This document shows, piece by piece, positions 10,881 to 19,921 of a stretch of DNA of 64,000 nt. The translations under genes were made by a program, and so were the position numbers. The DNA lies in the NCBI GenBank assembly GCA_002395155.1, contig DGWD01000034.1, forward strand, positions 1,529 to 65,528, read 5' to 3'. This stretch comes from Treponema sp. UBA4267. Its GTDB lineage: Bacteria > Spirochaetota > Spirochaetia > Treponematales > Treponemataceae. The notes under the pieces are model-generated. The model searched no databases and had not been told where the DNA came from. It saw nothing but the letters and a program-made list of their open reading frames with translations. Numbering within the stretch: the stretch's first letter is position 1; each line of letters starts with the position of its first letter.

Positions 10881-11540
10881 CTAAAACGAATGTCTATGAT
10901 TTTTGTAATGTTCTGTTAAGATTTTTTTCATTCCAGAAAGTTCAATTACTGGCGAAAAATCTGTTTGACGACCAAGCTGCAAATCATTCAACATTGCAGC
11001 ACCCTGAGGAATTGTTATAACAGGTGAAAATGCAAGAACCTTTCCACTTTTTGCAGTTACATAAACCAATTCAATTTTAATATATTTTTTTCCAGCAGGA
11101 ATAAGAACATACTGTTCCTGAGAGTCACTTGAAGTTTGAACTTCAAAAGCTTCAACAGGCACTGTATCTTTTGGATCCTTTAGGGTACAAATTCTAAGTT
11201 TCAAAGTACAATCTGGAATTTCTTTTAACTTTGTTGCATCAGATTCACTGATATTCCAGAAAACAAAAAGCCAGGCAGGATTTCGTAAAACGCCAGAAAC
11301 CTGAGTTTCGTTATAATTACCTGTAAGAACTTCTGATGTATCAATGTTTTCACCAGTAGAAATTATCATTTCCTCGTCATTGTTATTTGACTCTTCTGCA
11401 ATAATTTCAAGTAGTTCTTCAATAAGAAAGCGTCTGTCCAAATCCTCAGGTACATCCACGCCATATTCGTCTGCGAGTTGTACTAAATCAGAAAAAGAAA
11501 GAGTTTCAAGATATGTGCGACTAATAGCTTCTTCTCTCAT
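10881..11540 (-). CDS. DUF4912-domain protein
   Basis: YNETQV..LRNPAWLFVFWNIS matches the DUF4912 signature; the family is usually adjacent to GH57 genes. Confidence 0.75.
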   Translation of the reverse strand: MREEAISRTYLETLSFSDLVQLADEYGVDVPEDLDRRFLIEELLEIIAEESNNNDEEMIISTGENIDTSEVLTGNYNETQVSGVLRNPAWLFVFWNISESDATKLKEIPDCTLKLRICTLKDPKDTVPVEAFEVQTSSDSQEQYVLIPAGKKYIKIELVYVTAKSGKVLAFSPVITIPQGAAMLNDLQLGRQTDFSPVIELSGMKKILTEHYKNHRHSF

Positions 11541-11633
11541 AGTTACATCATAATCGTAAAAAAAAAGATAAGTGTCAATATTTCAAACTTGATAAAAATA
11601 ACATAAAAATTTTAATTTTTTTTGAAAAAAGAC

Positions 11634-11660
11634 TAAAGTATTTTTGCCATACCCCGATAT
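11634..11660 (+). promoter_or_regulatory. Sigma28 (FliA)-type promoter
   Basis: TAAA(11634-37)-N16-CCGATAT(11654-60) matches the spirochaetal flagellar promoter consensus TAAA-N16-CCGATA. Confidence 0.7.
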
Positions 11661-11735
11661 TTAAAACATCTGGTAATAATCTTCGGGTGGGTAAGACATC
11701 CAGACACCTGAGTGTTAGAACCGAATTGTTTACTT

Positions 11736-11813
11736 AATACGTCGAGTCAAGGCACGCATACGCTTAAAGCCTTGACTTCGCCGTTTTTAGGGTTTGTAAT
11801 AAACCCTAAATAA
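11736..11813. repeat. Dispersed two-hairpin element, family A, copy 1
   Basis: Near-identical to 49894-49972; stems agtcaaggc/gccttgact and tttagggttt/aaaccctaaa. Confidence 0.9.
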
Positions 11814-11814
11814 T

Positions 11815-11854
11815 AAAAGTTGAAAAGTGTGTGAGACTTTTCAACTTTTTTTTT
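11815..11854 (+). terminator. Rho-independent terminator
   Basis: aaaagttgaaaagt-N7-acttttcaactttt followed by a T run. Confidence 0.85.
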
Positions 11855-11927
11855 GCTATTTTTCCTATAAATTTGCTTAATAACTATTCTTTTTCAGTCA
11901 ACTTGCCGATATATTATAAGGGTACAT

Positions 11928-13451
11928 ATGGAAACCATTGATCTGGAAAGTCTCCACGAAGATGCCTCATTTTCTGGTGATTTATTAATCGACAGTACAT
12001 TTCTTCTCTTACCAAAAACTGCTAACGTTTCAGCAGAAATGATAAAGGCCTTAAAATTCTGGGGCTTTAATTCTGTTTTATGCGATGGTACTATAAGCCT
12101 TGGCGGTGATATTGGAATTACACCTGTTGATGAAACCGAAGAAGCCGATGAAGAACCTAAGGAAAAAATTGGCGAGAATATAAAAAAGGCAATTGAAGAT
12201 TCCAAAAATATTCAGCTTGGTAATTCTGATCAGGCTAGAATAGAAATGGTTCAAGGTGTTTATGAAGAATACATGAACTACATTGAACAGGTTTTCACCC
12301 ATTATGCTACACATAAAGAAATTGATCAGAAAGAAATAGAAGAAACAGTTCAGGAACTTTGTATCTTTATAAAAGAACACAGGCGTTATATTTTACGTGT
12401 TAATGCAACAATTGACGCCAGCAAAAAGAACTTCCTTGTAATTCATTCAATGCGTACAACTGTGTTGGCACTTGCAATTGCCCTTCAGTTACACATTCCT
12501 CTTTCTAAGATGATTGATTTGGGAGTCACTTGTATTCTTCACGAAATTGGAATGTTACGCATTCCTCCTCAGCTTTACATGACTTCCAGAAAACTTAATC
12601 CTAATGAAAAAGCTCAAATTACAAAGCATACACTTTTTGGTTATACAATTGTAAAAGATTTAGGTTTCAGTCTTCCAATCCAGCTGGGTGTACTTGAACA
12701 TCATGAAAAAGAAAATGGAACAGGTTATCCAAGACACTTAACCGGCGACAAAATTTCTCCTAATGGAAAAATAATTGCTGTTGCCTGTACTTACGAAGCA
12801 ATTTCTTCACCTCGTTCCTATAAAGATGAACGTTCAACTTTTGATGCCTTAATCGAGCTTATTCAAAATAAAGATCATATTTATGATGATTCAATCTTAA
12901 AGGGCTTACTCTATACAGTTTCTCTCTACCCTATTGGAACTTATGTTTATCTTTCTAATAGAAAAATTGCAGAAGTAATTGATTCAAACCCAGAAAATCC
13001 AAAATGCCCTGTTGTACAAATGCTTACAGAAAAAGAAGCAGATGGTTCATTAAAAGTTGTACAGACAGGAAAAGATAATGTAACTATTTTAAGAATTCTT
13101 ACAAAACAAGAAAAAGAAGATATTCTTAAAGTTATAGATGAAAAAGAACACGGAAAACCAATTCCTCTTGAACCTGTTTCAGATAATGAAATTCCAGATA
13201 TTCCAACAGTTAATACTCCAGCCGACAAAGATAAAGCTGCAGAATCTGTTCAAAAGCCAATTGCTAAACCACAGACTCCAGCTCCAAGTTCTAATACAGT
13301 AAATACTGCAAAGCCAAGTCCAAGTCCTGCTCAAGCTACAAGGCCAGTTCAGGCTGCTCCAAAGGTAGAAAAGCCTGCTCCAGAAAGCAAAAACACTAAT
13401 AATGATAGTGGAGACGGCATGGAATCTGTAGATATTTCTGATTTTATGTAA
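11928..13451 (+). CDS. HD-GYP-family protein (HE variant) with Pro/Ala-rich disordered tail
   Basis: IHSMRT, LHEIG (HD to HE), HHEKENGTGYP, LYPIGT; sigma28 -10-like GCCGATAT at 11905-11912 upstream. Confidence 0.85.
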   Translation: METIDLESLHEDASFSGDLLIDSTFLLLPKTANVSAEMIKALKFWGFNSVLCDGTISLGGDIGITPVDETEEADEEPKEKIGENIKKAIEDSKNIQLGNSDQARIEMVQGVYEEYMNYIEQVFTHYATHKEIDQKEIEETVQELCIFIKEHRRYILRVNATIDASKKNFLVIHSMRTTVLALAIALQLHIPLSKMIDLGVTCILHEIGMLRIPPQLYMTSRKLNPNEKAQITKHTLFGYTIVKDLGFSLPIQLGVLEHHEKENGTGYPRHLTGDKISPNGKIIAVACTYEAISSPRSYKDERSTFDALIELIQNKDHIYDDSILKGLLYTVSLYPIGTYVYLSNRKIAEVIDSNPENPKCPVVQMLTEKEADGSLKVVQTGKDNVTILRILTKQEKEDILKVIDEKEHGKPIPLEPVSDNEIPDIPTVNTPADKDKAAESVQKPIAKPQTPAPSSNTVNTAKPSPSPAQATRPVQAAPKVEKPAPESKNTNNDSGDGMESVDISDFM

Positions 13452-13459
13452 TTAATTCA

Positions 13460-14221
13460 TTAATTAAAGAACATTCTGGTTCTTTCTACATCCTCGTTAA
13501 ATTTTTCATCAATTACAGGAGGATGTTCATTAAAATATAAGATTTGTTCTAGTTCAGGCTGACATTTTACGCCCCAAATAGGAATTACACTTTCATATTG
13601 CTGAAGGAATCCGAATGCCAAAGGAAGGTTATCAATTACCCCACCCCCTAAAGGCTGCATTGCAATAAAACCAACATCATGTTCTTCGCAAAGTTTAACC
13701 AGTTCTATTGTTTCATCAGAACTAAGTACACTAAAAGGGAACTGAATTGTTTCATACAAATCTGAAAGAACTGCCTTTTTAGCGGTTTCAAAGTTGGTAG
13801 TAACAATTCCAATGTGCTTTATTTTTTTATCTTCTTTAGCTTTTAAAAGGGTATCGTAAATTTTATCGGCTGCACCTGGTAAAGGTAAAAATACCTCAGT
13901 TTCAAATTGATAAAGATCCAGGCAGTCGCAGTGCAGCGTCATAAGACTTGTTTCCAAATCATTTGAAATTTCACAATAAGTCTTTGAATTTGTAGTTGTA
14001 GAAAGAATAACATTTCTGCGGATGTCGTAAAGGGCATCCCCAAGAAGTTTTTCGCTTTCAGGATTTCGCCTTGAAGTATCAAAGAAATTAACACCTGCAT
14101 CATAAGCCTTACGAACAATTAAGGCAGCTTCTTCATCACTACCAGCATCGTTTAGACGCATAGCCCCGAACGCAACACGAGAAATGAGAAGATCTGTTTT
14201 TCCTAAACGTACATATTCCAT
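13460..14221 (-). CDS. Aldo/keto reductase
   Basis: LGKTDLLISRVAFGAM, GVNFFDTS, SEKLLG, GFIAMQPLGGG. Confidence 0.9.
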   Translation of the reverse strand: MEYVRLGKTDLLISRVAFGAMRLNDAGSDEEAALIVRKAYDAGVNFFDTSRRNPESEKLLGDALYDIRRNVILSTTTNSKTYCEISNDLETSLMTLHCDCLDLYQFETEVFLPLPGAADKIYDTLLKAKEDKKIKHIGIVTTNFETAKKAVLSDLYETIQFPFSVLSSDETIELVKLCEEHDVGFIAMQPLGGGVIDNLPLAFGFLQQYESVIPIWGVKCQPELEQILYFNEHPPVIDEKFNEDVERTRMFFN

Positions 14222-14231
14222 ATTTTTTAAA

Positions 14232-14290
14232 GTTTTAGGTTTTAGGTTTTAGGTGCTAGGTGCTAGGTTTTAGGTCCTAGCACCTGACAC
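14232..14290. repeat. Heptamer tandem array (TTTTAGG/TGCTAGG) with short inverted end
   Basis: Six 7-bp units followed by cctagcacct, the reverse complement of aggtgctagg. Confidence 0.9.
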
Positions 14291-15775
14291 TTATCTGTTT
14301 CTTTCTACAGGTTTATAGTTACGAATTGCTTTCTGAATGAATGGAATCAAATCATCCAAAGCAACTCTTTCCTGCTTCATTGAATCACGGAAACGAACTG
14401 TTACAGTGTTGAACAATTCATTCTTAGAACCATCTTCTTTTGTTTCCTGAATTGTATCATAGTCTACAGTTACACAGTATGGAGTACCAACTTCATCCTG
14501 GCGGCGGTAGCGTTTTCCTACAGTTCCAGAAACATCGTAATCAGTTACAAAGTCTTCTTTAAGAACATGCTGGATTTCCTTAGCTTTTTCAGCAAGACCA
14601 TCTTTCTTCATCAAAGGAAGAACTGCAACTGTGATTGGTGCAAGACGTGGGTCGAGGTGGAGGACAGTCCTGTAATCATCTTTTCCATCTGTACCAACGT
14701 TTTCTTCTTCGTATGCTTCACAAAGGAACATAAGGAAGTTTCTGTTCAATCCGGCAGAAGTTTCAACTACATAAGGAATGTATTTCTTGTTTCCATCTTC
14801 CTGATCGATGTAAGACATATCTTTCTTTGAATAAAGCTGATGCTGAGAAAGGTCAAAGTCTGTACGAGAGTGAATTCCTTCAACTTCTTCAAAACCAATT
14901 GGGAAGTTGTAAGTAATATCGTAAGCATCTTTAGCATAATGAGCCAACTTATCGTGGTGGTGCCACTTAAGCTGTTTTTCAGGAATACCGTACTTGAGGT
15001 AGAAAGCCCAGCGTTCCTTTCTCCATCTTTCGAATGTTTCATCTTCTGTACCAGGCTTACAGAAATATTCCATTTCAAGCTGTTCAAATTCACAGGTACG
15101 GAAAATAAAGTTCTTAAAGATGATTTCGTTACGGAAAGATTTACCAACCTGAGCAACTCCAAAAGGAACCTTCATACGGTTTGACTGAACAATATTCTTG
15201 AAATCTGTAAAAATACCCTGACAAGTTTCTGGACGAAGGTAAATTAAGTGTGAATCGTCTGCGATTGGTCCCTGATATGTTTTGAACATAAGGTTAAATT
15301 CGCGAACGGCTGTGTACTTGCGGTTTTTGCTTCCACAAGTTGGACAGTTTATATTTGCGTCGATGAAAGCTTTCATTTCATCATGTGTCATTGTATCAAC
15401 TGGTTTTCCTGGATTAACATCTGGATTTGCAGCAATAAAGTCTTCAATTAATTTATCTGCACGATGTCTTGCATTACATTCAAGACAGTCAACCATTGGA
15501 TCTGAAAAGTGATCAACGTGACCAGAAGCTTTCCATGTTTTATGATGCTGGAAAATTGCAGAATCAAGTCCTACAACATCATCATGGAGCTGAGTCATAT
15601 AATGCCACCATGCATTCTGAATATTTCTCTTAAAATCTACACCAAGTGGACCATAATCCCAGGCACCTGCCTGTCCACCATAAATTTCAGAAGCCTGATA
15701 TACAAAGCCTCTTCTCTTACAAAGACTGATAATTTTATCTAAGGTACATGCGTGTGTATCTTTTTCGTTTGCCAT
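14291..15775 (-). CDS. glyQS: Glycine--tRNA ligase (alpha2 homodimeric type)
   Basis: SLCKRRGFV, WDYGPLG, YLRPETCQGIF, GKSFRNEI, FIFRTCEFEQLE, PYVVETSAG, GKRYRRQDEVGTP. Confidence 0.97.
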   Translation of the reverse strand: MANEKDTHACTLDKIISLCKRRGFVYQASEIYGGQAGAWDYGPLGVDFKRNIQNAWWHYMTQLHDDVVGLDSAIFQHHKTWKASGHVDHFSDPMVDCLECNARHRADKLIEDFIAANPDVNPGKPVDTMTHDEMKAFIDANINCPTCGSKNRKYTAVREFNLMFKTYQGPIADDSHLIYLRPETCQGIFTDFKNIVQSNRMKVPFGVAQVGKSFRNEIIFKNFIFRTCEFEQLEMEYFCKPGTEDETFERWRKERWAFYLKYGIPEKQLKWHHHDKLAHYAKDAYDITYNFPIGFEEVEGIHSRTDFDLSQHQLYSKKDMSYIDQEDGNKKYIPYVVETSAGLNRNFLMFLCEAYEEENVGTDGKDDYRTVLHLDPRLAPITVAVLPLMKKDGLAEKAKEIQHVLKEDFVTDYDVSGTVGKRYRRQDEVGTPYCVTVDYDTIQETKEDGSKNELFNTVTVRFRDSMKQERVALDDLIPFIQKAIRNYKPVERNR

Positions 15776-15923
15776 TTTTTACTCCTTTTTCGACTCTGGC
15801 GTGGGCCGTTTTAGATATTTTTAAATAGCAGCACAGGTTTGCACTACTTTTTAAAGTTGCTTGTAAAGGTACCATAAAAGGGGGGATAATTTCAATTATA
15901 CTCAGATAAAGAGAATAAATTAT

Positions 15924-16832
15924 TTATGAACTTTTATTTTCATCATCATCAGCAGCATCAACTTCTTCAAGTTCTACAACTTCATCATTATTCTCCAATG
16001 CTTCTTCAGCCTTTTCAACCAATCTTGAATTATAATCTGTATAATCTGGAGGAAGGTTATCTATCAAATCTTTCATATTATTATCCAGACTGTTGAATAC
16101 AAAATTGTGAATTTTTTTAATGATATCTCGGGATGTTCCATCTACAAAAAGTGCAATCAGAAGCAGGTTATCATTATTTTCTTTTACAGCATAAACAGTA
16201 ATAGAACACACAAATGAAAAACGTTCCATTGTAATAGAAACGTTATGCATAAATGTATCCTTTTTTATATATTTGGAAAGTTTTAAAGGCAAAACTGCTG
16301 CAAAGCCCATAATACTCATATCAATAAGTCTTAAAGAAAAAAGCTGTTCTCCAATAGTCAGATATCCGTTTACATCATTTCTCTCTTTCAAATCCAGACG
16401 AATACACTTACGAACACCCTTTGCCCCATTGATACGAAGGATTCCTTCCAACTGTTTTTTAGTTTCTTCAATCTTTTTATCCAGCTTTACAAAACCGCCT
16501 GGAAGTTTAAGATTCATAAGAAATCTTTCCTGCTCCTTTGGTTTTGTTTTTACAGACAAAATACCAAGAAAAATTGATTTTAAAGATTCATCCCTTTCAA
16601 AAGATTTTATGAAATTAAACCAGCCGTCAATGGTCAAAACATCATCAATAAAAATAAAACAGATGGCATTTTCAAAATGTCTTAAAAGAGGCTTTGCATA
16701 TGTTAATTCAGTAATCTTATAAACCTCATACTCTTCATTTTTCAATGAATCTATTACATAGTTTTCAATAGACAGAGGAGGATTTAAAAAGAATACTTTT
16801 CTTCCCAAAAGGGGATTTTCTCGATTTTCCAT
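15924..16832 (-). CDS. PilZ-like domain protein (paralogue 2)
   Basis: RKCIR (RxxxR) and DMSIMG (DxSxxG) c-di-GMP-binding motifs; paralogue of the adjacent gene. Confidence 0.65.
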   Translation of the reverse strand: MENRENPLLGRKVFFLNPPLSIENYVIDSLKNEEYEVYKITELTYAKPLLRHFENAICFIFIDDVLTIDGWFNFIKSFERDESLKSIFLGILSVKTKPKEQERFLMNLKLPGGFVKLDKKIEETKKQLEGILRINGAKGVRKCIRLDLKERNDVNGYLTIGEQLFSLRLIDMSIMGFAAVLPLKLSKYIKKDTFMHNVSITMERFSFVCSITVYAVKENNDNLLLIALFVDGTSRDIIKKIHNFVFNSLDNNMKDLIDNLPPDYTDYNSRLVEKAEEALENNDEVVELEEVDAADDDENKSS

Positions 16833-16949
16833 AGTATAGACTTATATTTTACCATACCATACTAATTAGTAAATGTTTTTGTATAAATATGAATTCAGAC
16901 AGTCAGACTAAAAGCTGATAAAACGTTCAAAATTTTCGGAATAATATGA

Positions 16950-18071
16950 TTATTCAGTTTCAGGGTTTTTACCTTCAGTTGCAGATTCTTTTTCATCAGT
17001 TTTTTCTTCCGAAGCTGCTTCAACTTTTTCATCTTTATTATCTTCTTTCTTTGCTTCGTTGCTCTCTGCACCATCAGATTTCTCTGACTTTTGTTCACTT
17101 TCTTCTTTTTGTTCTGAATTACTTTCAGCAGGAGCATCTGATTCAGCTTTATCGCCAGCAGATTTTTCCTGTTTACCTTTTTCAGAATCTGATGATGAAG
17201 AATCGTCCAGTTCTTCTACATCTTCAACAACTTCTTCCTCACTTGCAGAATCATCTTTGAAGCGAACATTGTAATCTGTAAAATCCAGATTAACTGAAGC
17301 AATTAAATCCTTCATCCTCTTTTCAAGATTTTCAAAAACAAAATTGTGGATTTTTTGCAAAACTTCTTTAGATGTACCGTCAACTAAAAGAGCAACAAGA
17401 ATACACTGATCTCCAGCAAGAGTTACACCATATACATTGATTGAGCAGACAAAGGAATAACGCCCCATTGTAATAGAAACATTATTCAAAAAACTTCCTT
17501 TCTTAAAATATTTAGAAATGCGGGCCGGCATAACAGCTGCAAAACCCATTTGACTTATATCAATCAATCTAAATGAAAAAAGCTGAGTTCCAAGAGAAAA
17601 ATATCCGTTTACTTCTTTACTATCTTTAAGTTCTAGTCGAACACACTGGCGAATACCTTTTGCACCATTGATTTTGAGAATACCTTCCAACTGGTTTTTA
17701 GTTTCCTCAATTTTTTTATCCATCATTACAAAACCACCAGGTAGTTTAAGGCTCATCAAAAAGCGTTCCTGATCTTTAGGCTTTGTTTTTACAGATAAAA
17801 CTCCAAGAAAAACTGATTTTAAAGAAGGATCATCCTGGAAAGAGGCAATAAAATTATACCAGGCATCAAGGCTTAAAACATCATCTACAAATATAAAACA
17901 AATTGCATTTTCAAAAAGACTAAGAATTGGTTTTGCAGCAGTTACATCTGTAAGTTTGTAAACCTCATACTCCTCATTTTTTAACGCTTCAATTACATAA
18001 TTTTCAACGGAAAGCGGAGGATTAAGAAAAAATACTTTGCGACCTAGTAAGGGGTTTTCACGATATTCCAT
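16950..18071 (-). CDS. PilZ-like domain protein (paralogue 1) with acidic low-complexity tail
   Basis: RQCVR and DISQMG motifs; about 100-aa E/K/S/D tail. Confidence 0.65.
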   Translation of the reverse strand: MEYRENPLLGRKVFFLNPPLSVENYVIEALKNEEYEVYKLTDVTAAKPILSLFENAICFIFVDDVLSLDAWYNFIASFQDDPSLKSVFLGVLSVKTKPKDQERFLMSLKLPGGFVMMDKKIEETKNQLEGILKINGAKGIRQCVRLELKDSKEVNGYFSLGTQLFSFRLIDISQMGFAAVMPARISKYFKKGSFLNNVSITMGRYSFVCSINVYGVTLAGDQCILVALLVDGTSKEVLQKIHNFVFENLEKRMKDLIASVNLDFTDYNVRFKDDSASEEEVVEDVEELDDSSSSDSEKGKQEKSAGDKAESDAPAESNSEQKEESEQKSEKSDGAESNEAKKEDNKDEKVEAASEEKTDEKESATEGKNPETE

Positions 18072-18101
18072 AATAGCAATGCATATTTTATCACATCAAA
18101 A

Positions 18102-19094
18102 TTAATTATCAATAACCCTTCTAAATTGCTCTTGTGGACATTTTTGAAAAAAATCTTCTATTTTGTTTTTCAAATCATCAATATCTTTTGCATTCAAAAA
18201 CTGGGTTTGAGCATAATGAGAAAACTTAAAATTTTCCGAATAATAAGTAAAGAATCTTTGCAATCTGGTTTTCCAGAATTCCTTTGGCTGGTAAATTTGA
18301 ATATCGGTGATGTAGTCAAAGGCCAGCTGCTTCATATCAATTTCTGGAATATCTAACCCCTTTAACTGGGCAAATATCCAGGGATTTTTTACCGCTGCTC
18401 GAGAAATCATTACTCCATCAACATCAGGGCAAACTTCCAAAGCATGATTGTATGAAGCTTTATCTTTTATATTTCCATTTAAATAAACTGGAATGCCCTG
18501 ATTTTTATAACGTTTTGAAAGTTCCTGGCAGTAAAAGTATCGGGCAGGTCTTATAAGTTTTTCTTTTTTTGTTCTAGGATGAAGGGTCAAAAGCTGAACC
18601 TTATTTTCTATCAACATATCGCAAAAATTATAAAAACTCTGATCCGTAAAATTGTCATCGCCAAGACGGAGTTTTACACTAAATCTCTTATTATCTCCAT
18701 TTTCTATATTGTGATTATGGATAACCTGCCCAATAGCCTGAACCATTTCTCTTGTTTCTTCGATTGGTTTAAGCATCCAGCCAATTCCTGCACCAAAACG
18801 GTATATATCTGGAGCTGAACACCCCATATTTATATCAAGACCTATACCAGGCAATTTTATAAGAACTTTCGATGCTTCAACCATATTTTTAGTGTCGTGT
18901 CCGGTAAGCTGCCAGACAATTTTTTGAGGCTGAGGAGAAGGATTTATATAAAATTTTTCAAAGGGACCTCCGGTAAGAAGTGTTCCTGCATTTATCATCT
19001 CTGTATAGTATTCATCACATCCGCCAAATTTTTCTATTAAAATTCTAAAAGCGGGATGTGAAATAGTCGCCATTGGACCACAAATTAATTTCAT
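18102..19094 (-). CDS. tRNA-dihydrouridine synthase family protein
   Basis: GPMA, YYTEMI, DINMGC, SVKLRLG, LHPRT, NGNI, GVMISR. Confidence 0.92.
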   Translation of the reverse strand: MKLICGPMATISHPAFRILIEKFGGCDEYYTEMINAGTLLTGGPFEKFYINPSPQPQKIVWQLTGHDTKNMVEASKVLIKLPGIGLDINMGCSAPDIYRFGAGIGWMLKPIEETREMVQAIGQVIHNHNIENGDNKRFSVKLRLGDDNFTDQSFYNFCDMLIENKVQLLTLHPRTKKEKLIRPARYFYCQELSKRYKNQGIPVYLNGNIKDKASYNHALEVCPDVDGVMISRAAVKNPWIFAQLKGLDIPEIDMKQLAFDYITDIQIYQPKEFWKTRLQRFFTYYSENFKFSHYAQTQFLNAKDIDDLKNKIEDFFQKCPQEQFRRVIDN

Positions 19095-19183
19095 AATCCT
19101 AATATAACAAATAATCGTTGAAATATCAGTGTTTTGGTATTAATTTATAATATAGAATAAAACTATTTTTAGGGGATGTTTTT

Positions 19184-19921
19184 ATGTTTGAAAGAAAAAA
19201 GTACAAGGATTTTGCCAAAAAACAGCTAAAAGGACGCTGGACAGTTCCTGTATTAATGACATTGTGTATTTTTGTAATTATGGAACTTTTTTCATTTCCA
19301 AATTACATAAGATTTTTTAATTCTGATTTTGTAGATTATATAAATAGTCTTAACTCAGGAAATTTTGATTATCAAACTTATTTCAATTTTATAAATGATA
19401 TTTCATACAATTCAACATCATTTATTACAAGCCTTATTCAATCCCTTGTTGAAGGAATCCTAACAATGGCTGCTATTGGCCTCTATCTAAAAATGTCACG
19501 TTCTCCAGAAGGTGTTTCATTTAAGGTATTTATTGAAGGTCTAAATAACTGGGCAAGAGCAATTCTTGCTACCTTGTGGCAATTTATCTGGGTTTTTCTT
19601 TGGTCTTTACTCTTCATTATTCCTGGAATTGTAAAATCTTTTGCTTATTCTCAAATGTTCTATATTTTAAGCGAATACAAAAATGTTTCTGTAACTAAGG
19701 CAATGAAAATAAGTATGATTATTACAAAGGGACATAAAGGAGAATTATTTGTAATGGGATTAAGTTTCCTTGGCTGGATGATTCTTTGTGCATTTACCCT
19801 TTGTATTGGTTATCTTTGGCTTGTTCCATACATGGAAATGTCTTATGTTAATGCTTATCATGCAATGTTAAAAGAAGCTCTAGAAACTGGAAGAATTAAA
19901 CCGGAGGATCTAACCGAATAA
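19184..19921 (+). CDS. DUF975-family membrane protein
   Basis: FLWSLLFIIPGIVKSFAYSQ...GHKGELFVMGLSFLGW...LWLVPY signature. Confidence 0.9.
   Translation: MFERKKYKDFAKKQLKGRWTVPVLMTLCIFVIMELFSFPNYIRFFNSDFVDYINSLNSGNFDYQTYFNFINDISYNSTSFITSLIQSLVEGILTMAAIGLYLKMSRSPEGVSFKVFIEGLNNWARAILATLWQFIWVFLWSLLFIIPGIVKSFAYSQMFYILSEYKNVSVTKAMKISMIITKGHKGELFVMGLSFLGWMILCAFTLCIGYLWLVPYMEMSYVNAYHAMLKEALETGRIKPEDLTE

Larger units (their letters stand above)
11667..11854 (+). ncRNA. Candidate sigma28-dependent small RNA or structured leader (~185 nt)
   Basis: Bounded by the sigma28 promoter and a strong intrinsic terminator; no ORF with an RBS; 5' part folds into a stem closing two hairpins. Confidence 0.45.

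Noticed and set aside
11687-11737. 16-codon ORF (GTG...TAA) within the candidate sRNA
   Set aside because: No Shine-Dalgarno sequence and the start is buried in a stem; cannot be supported without ribosome profiling.
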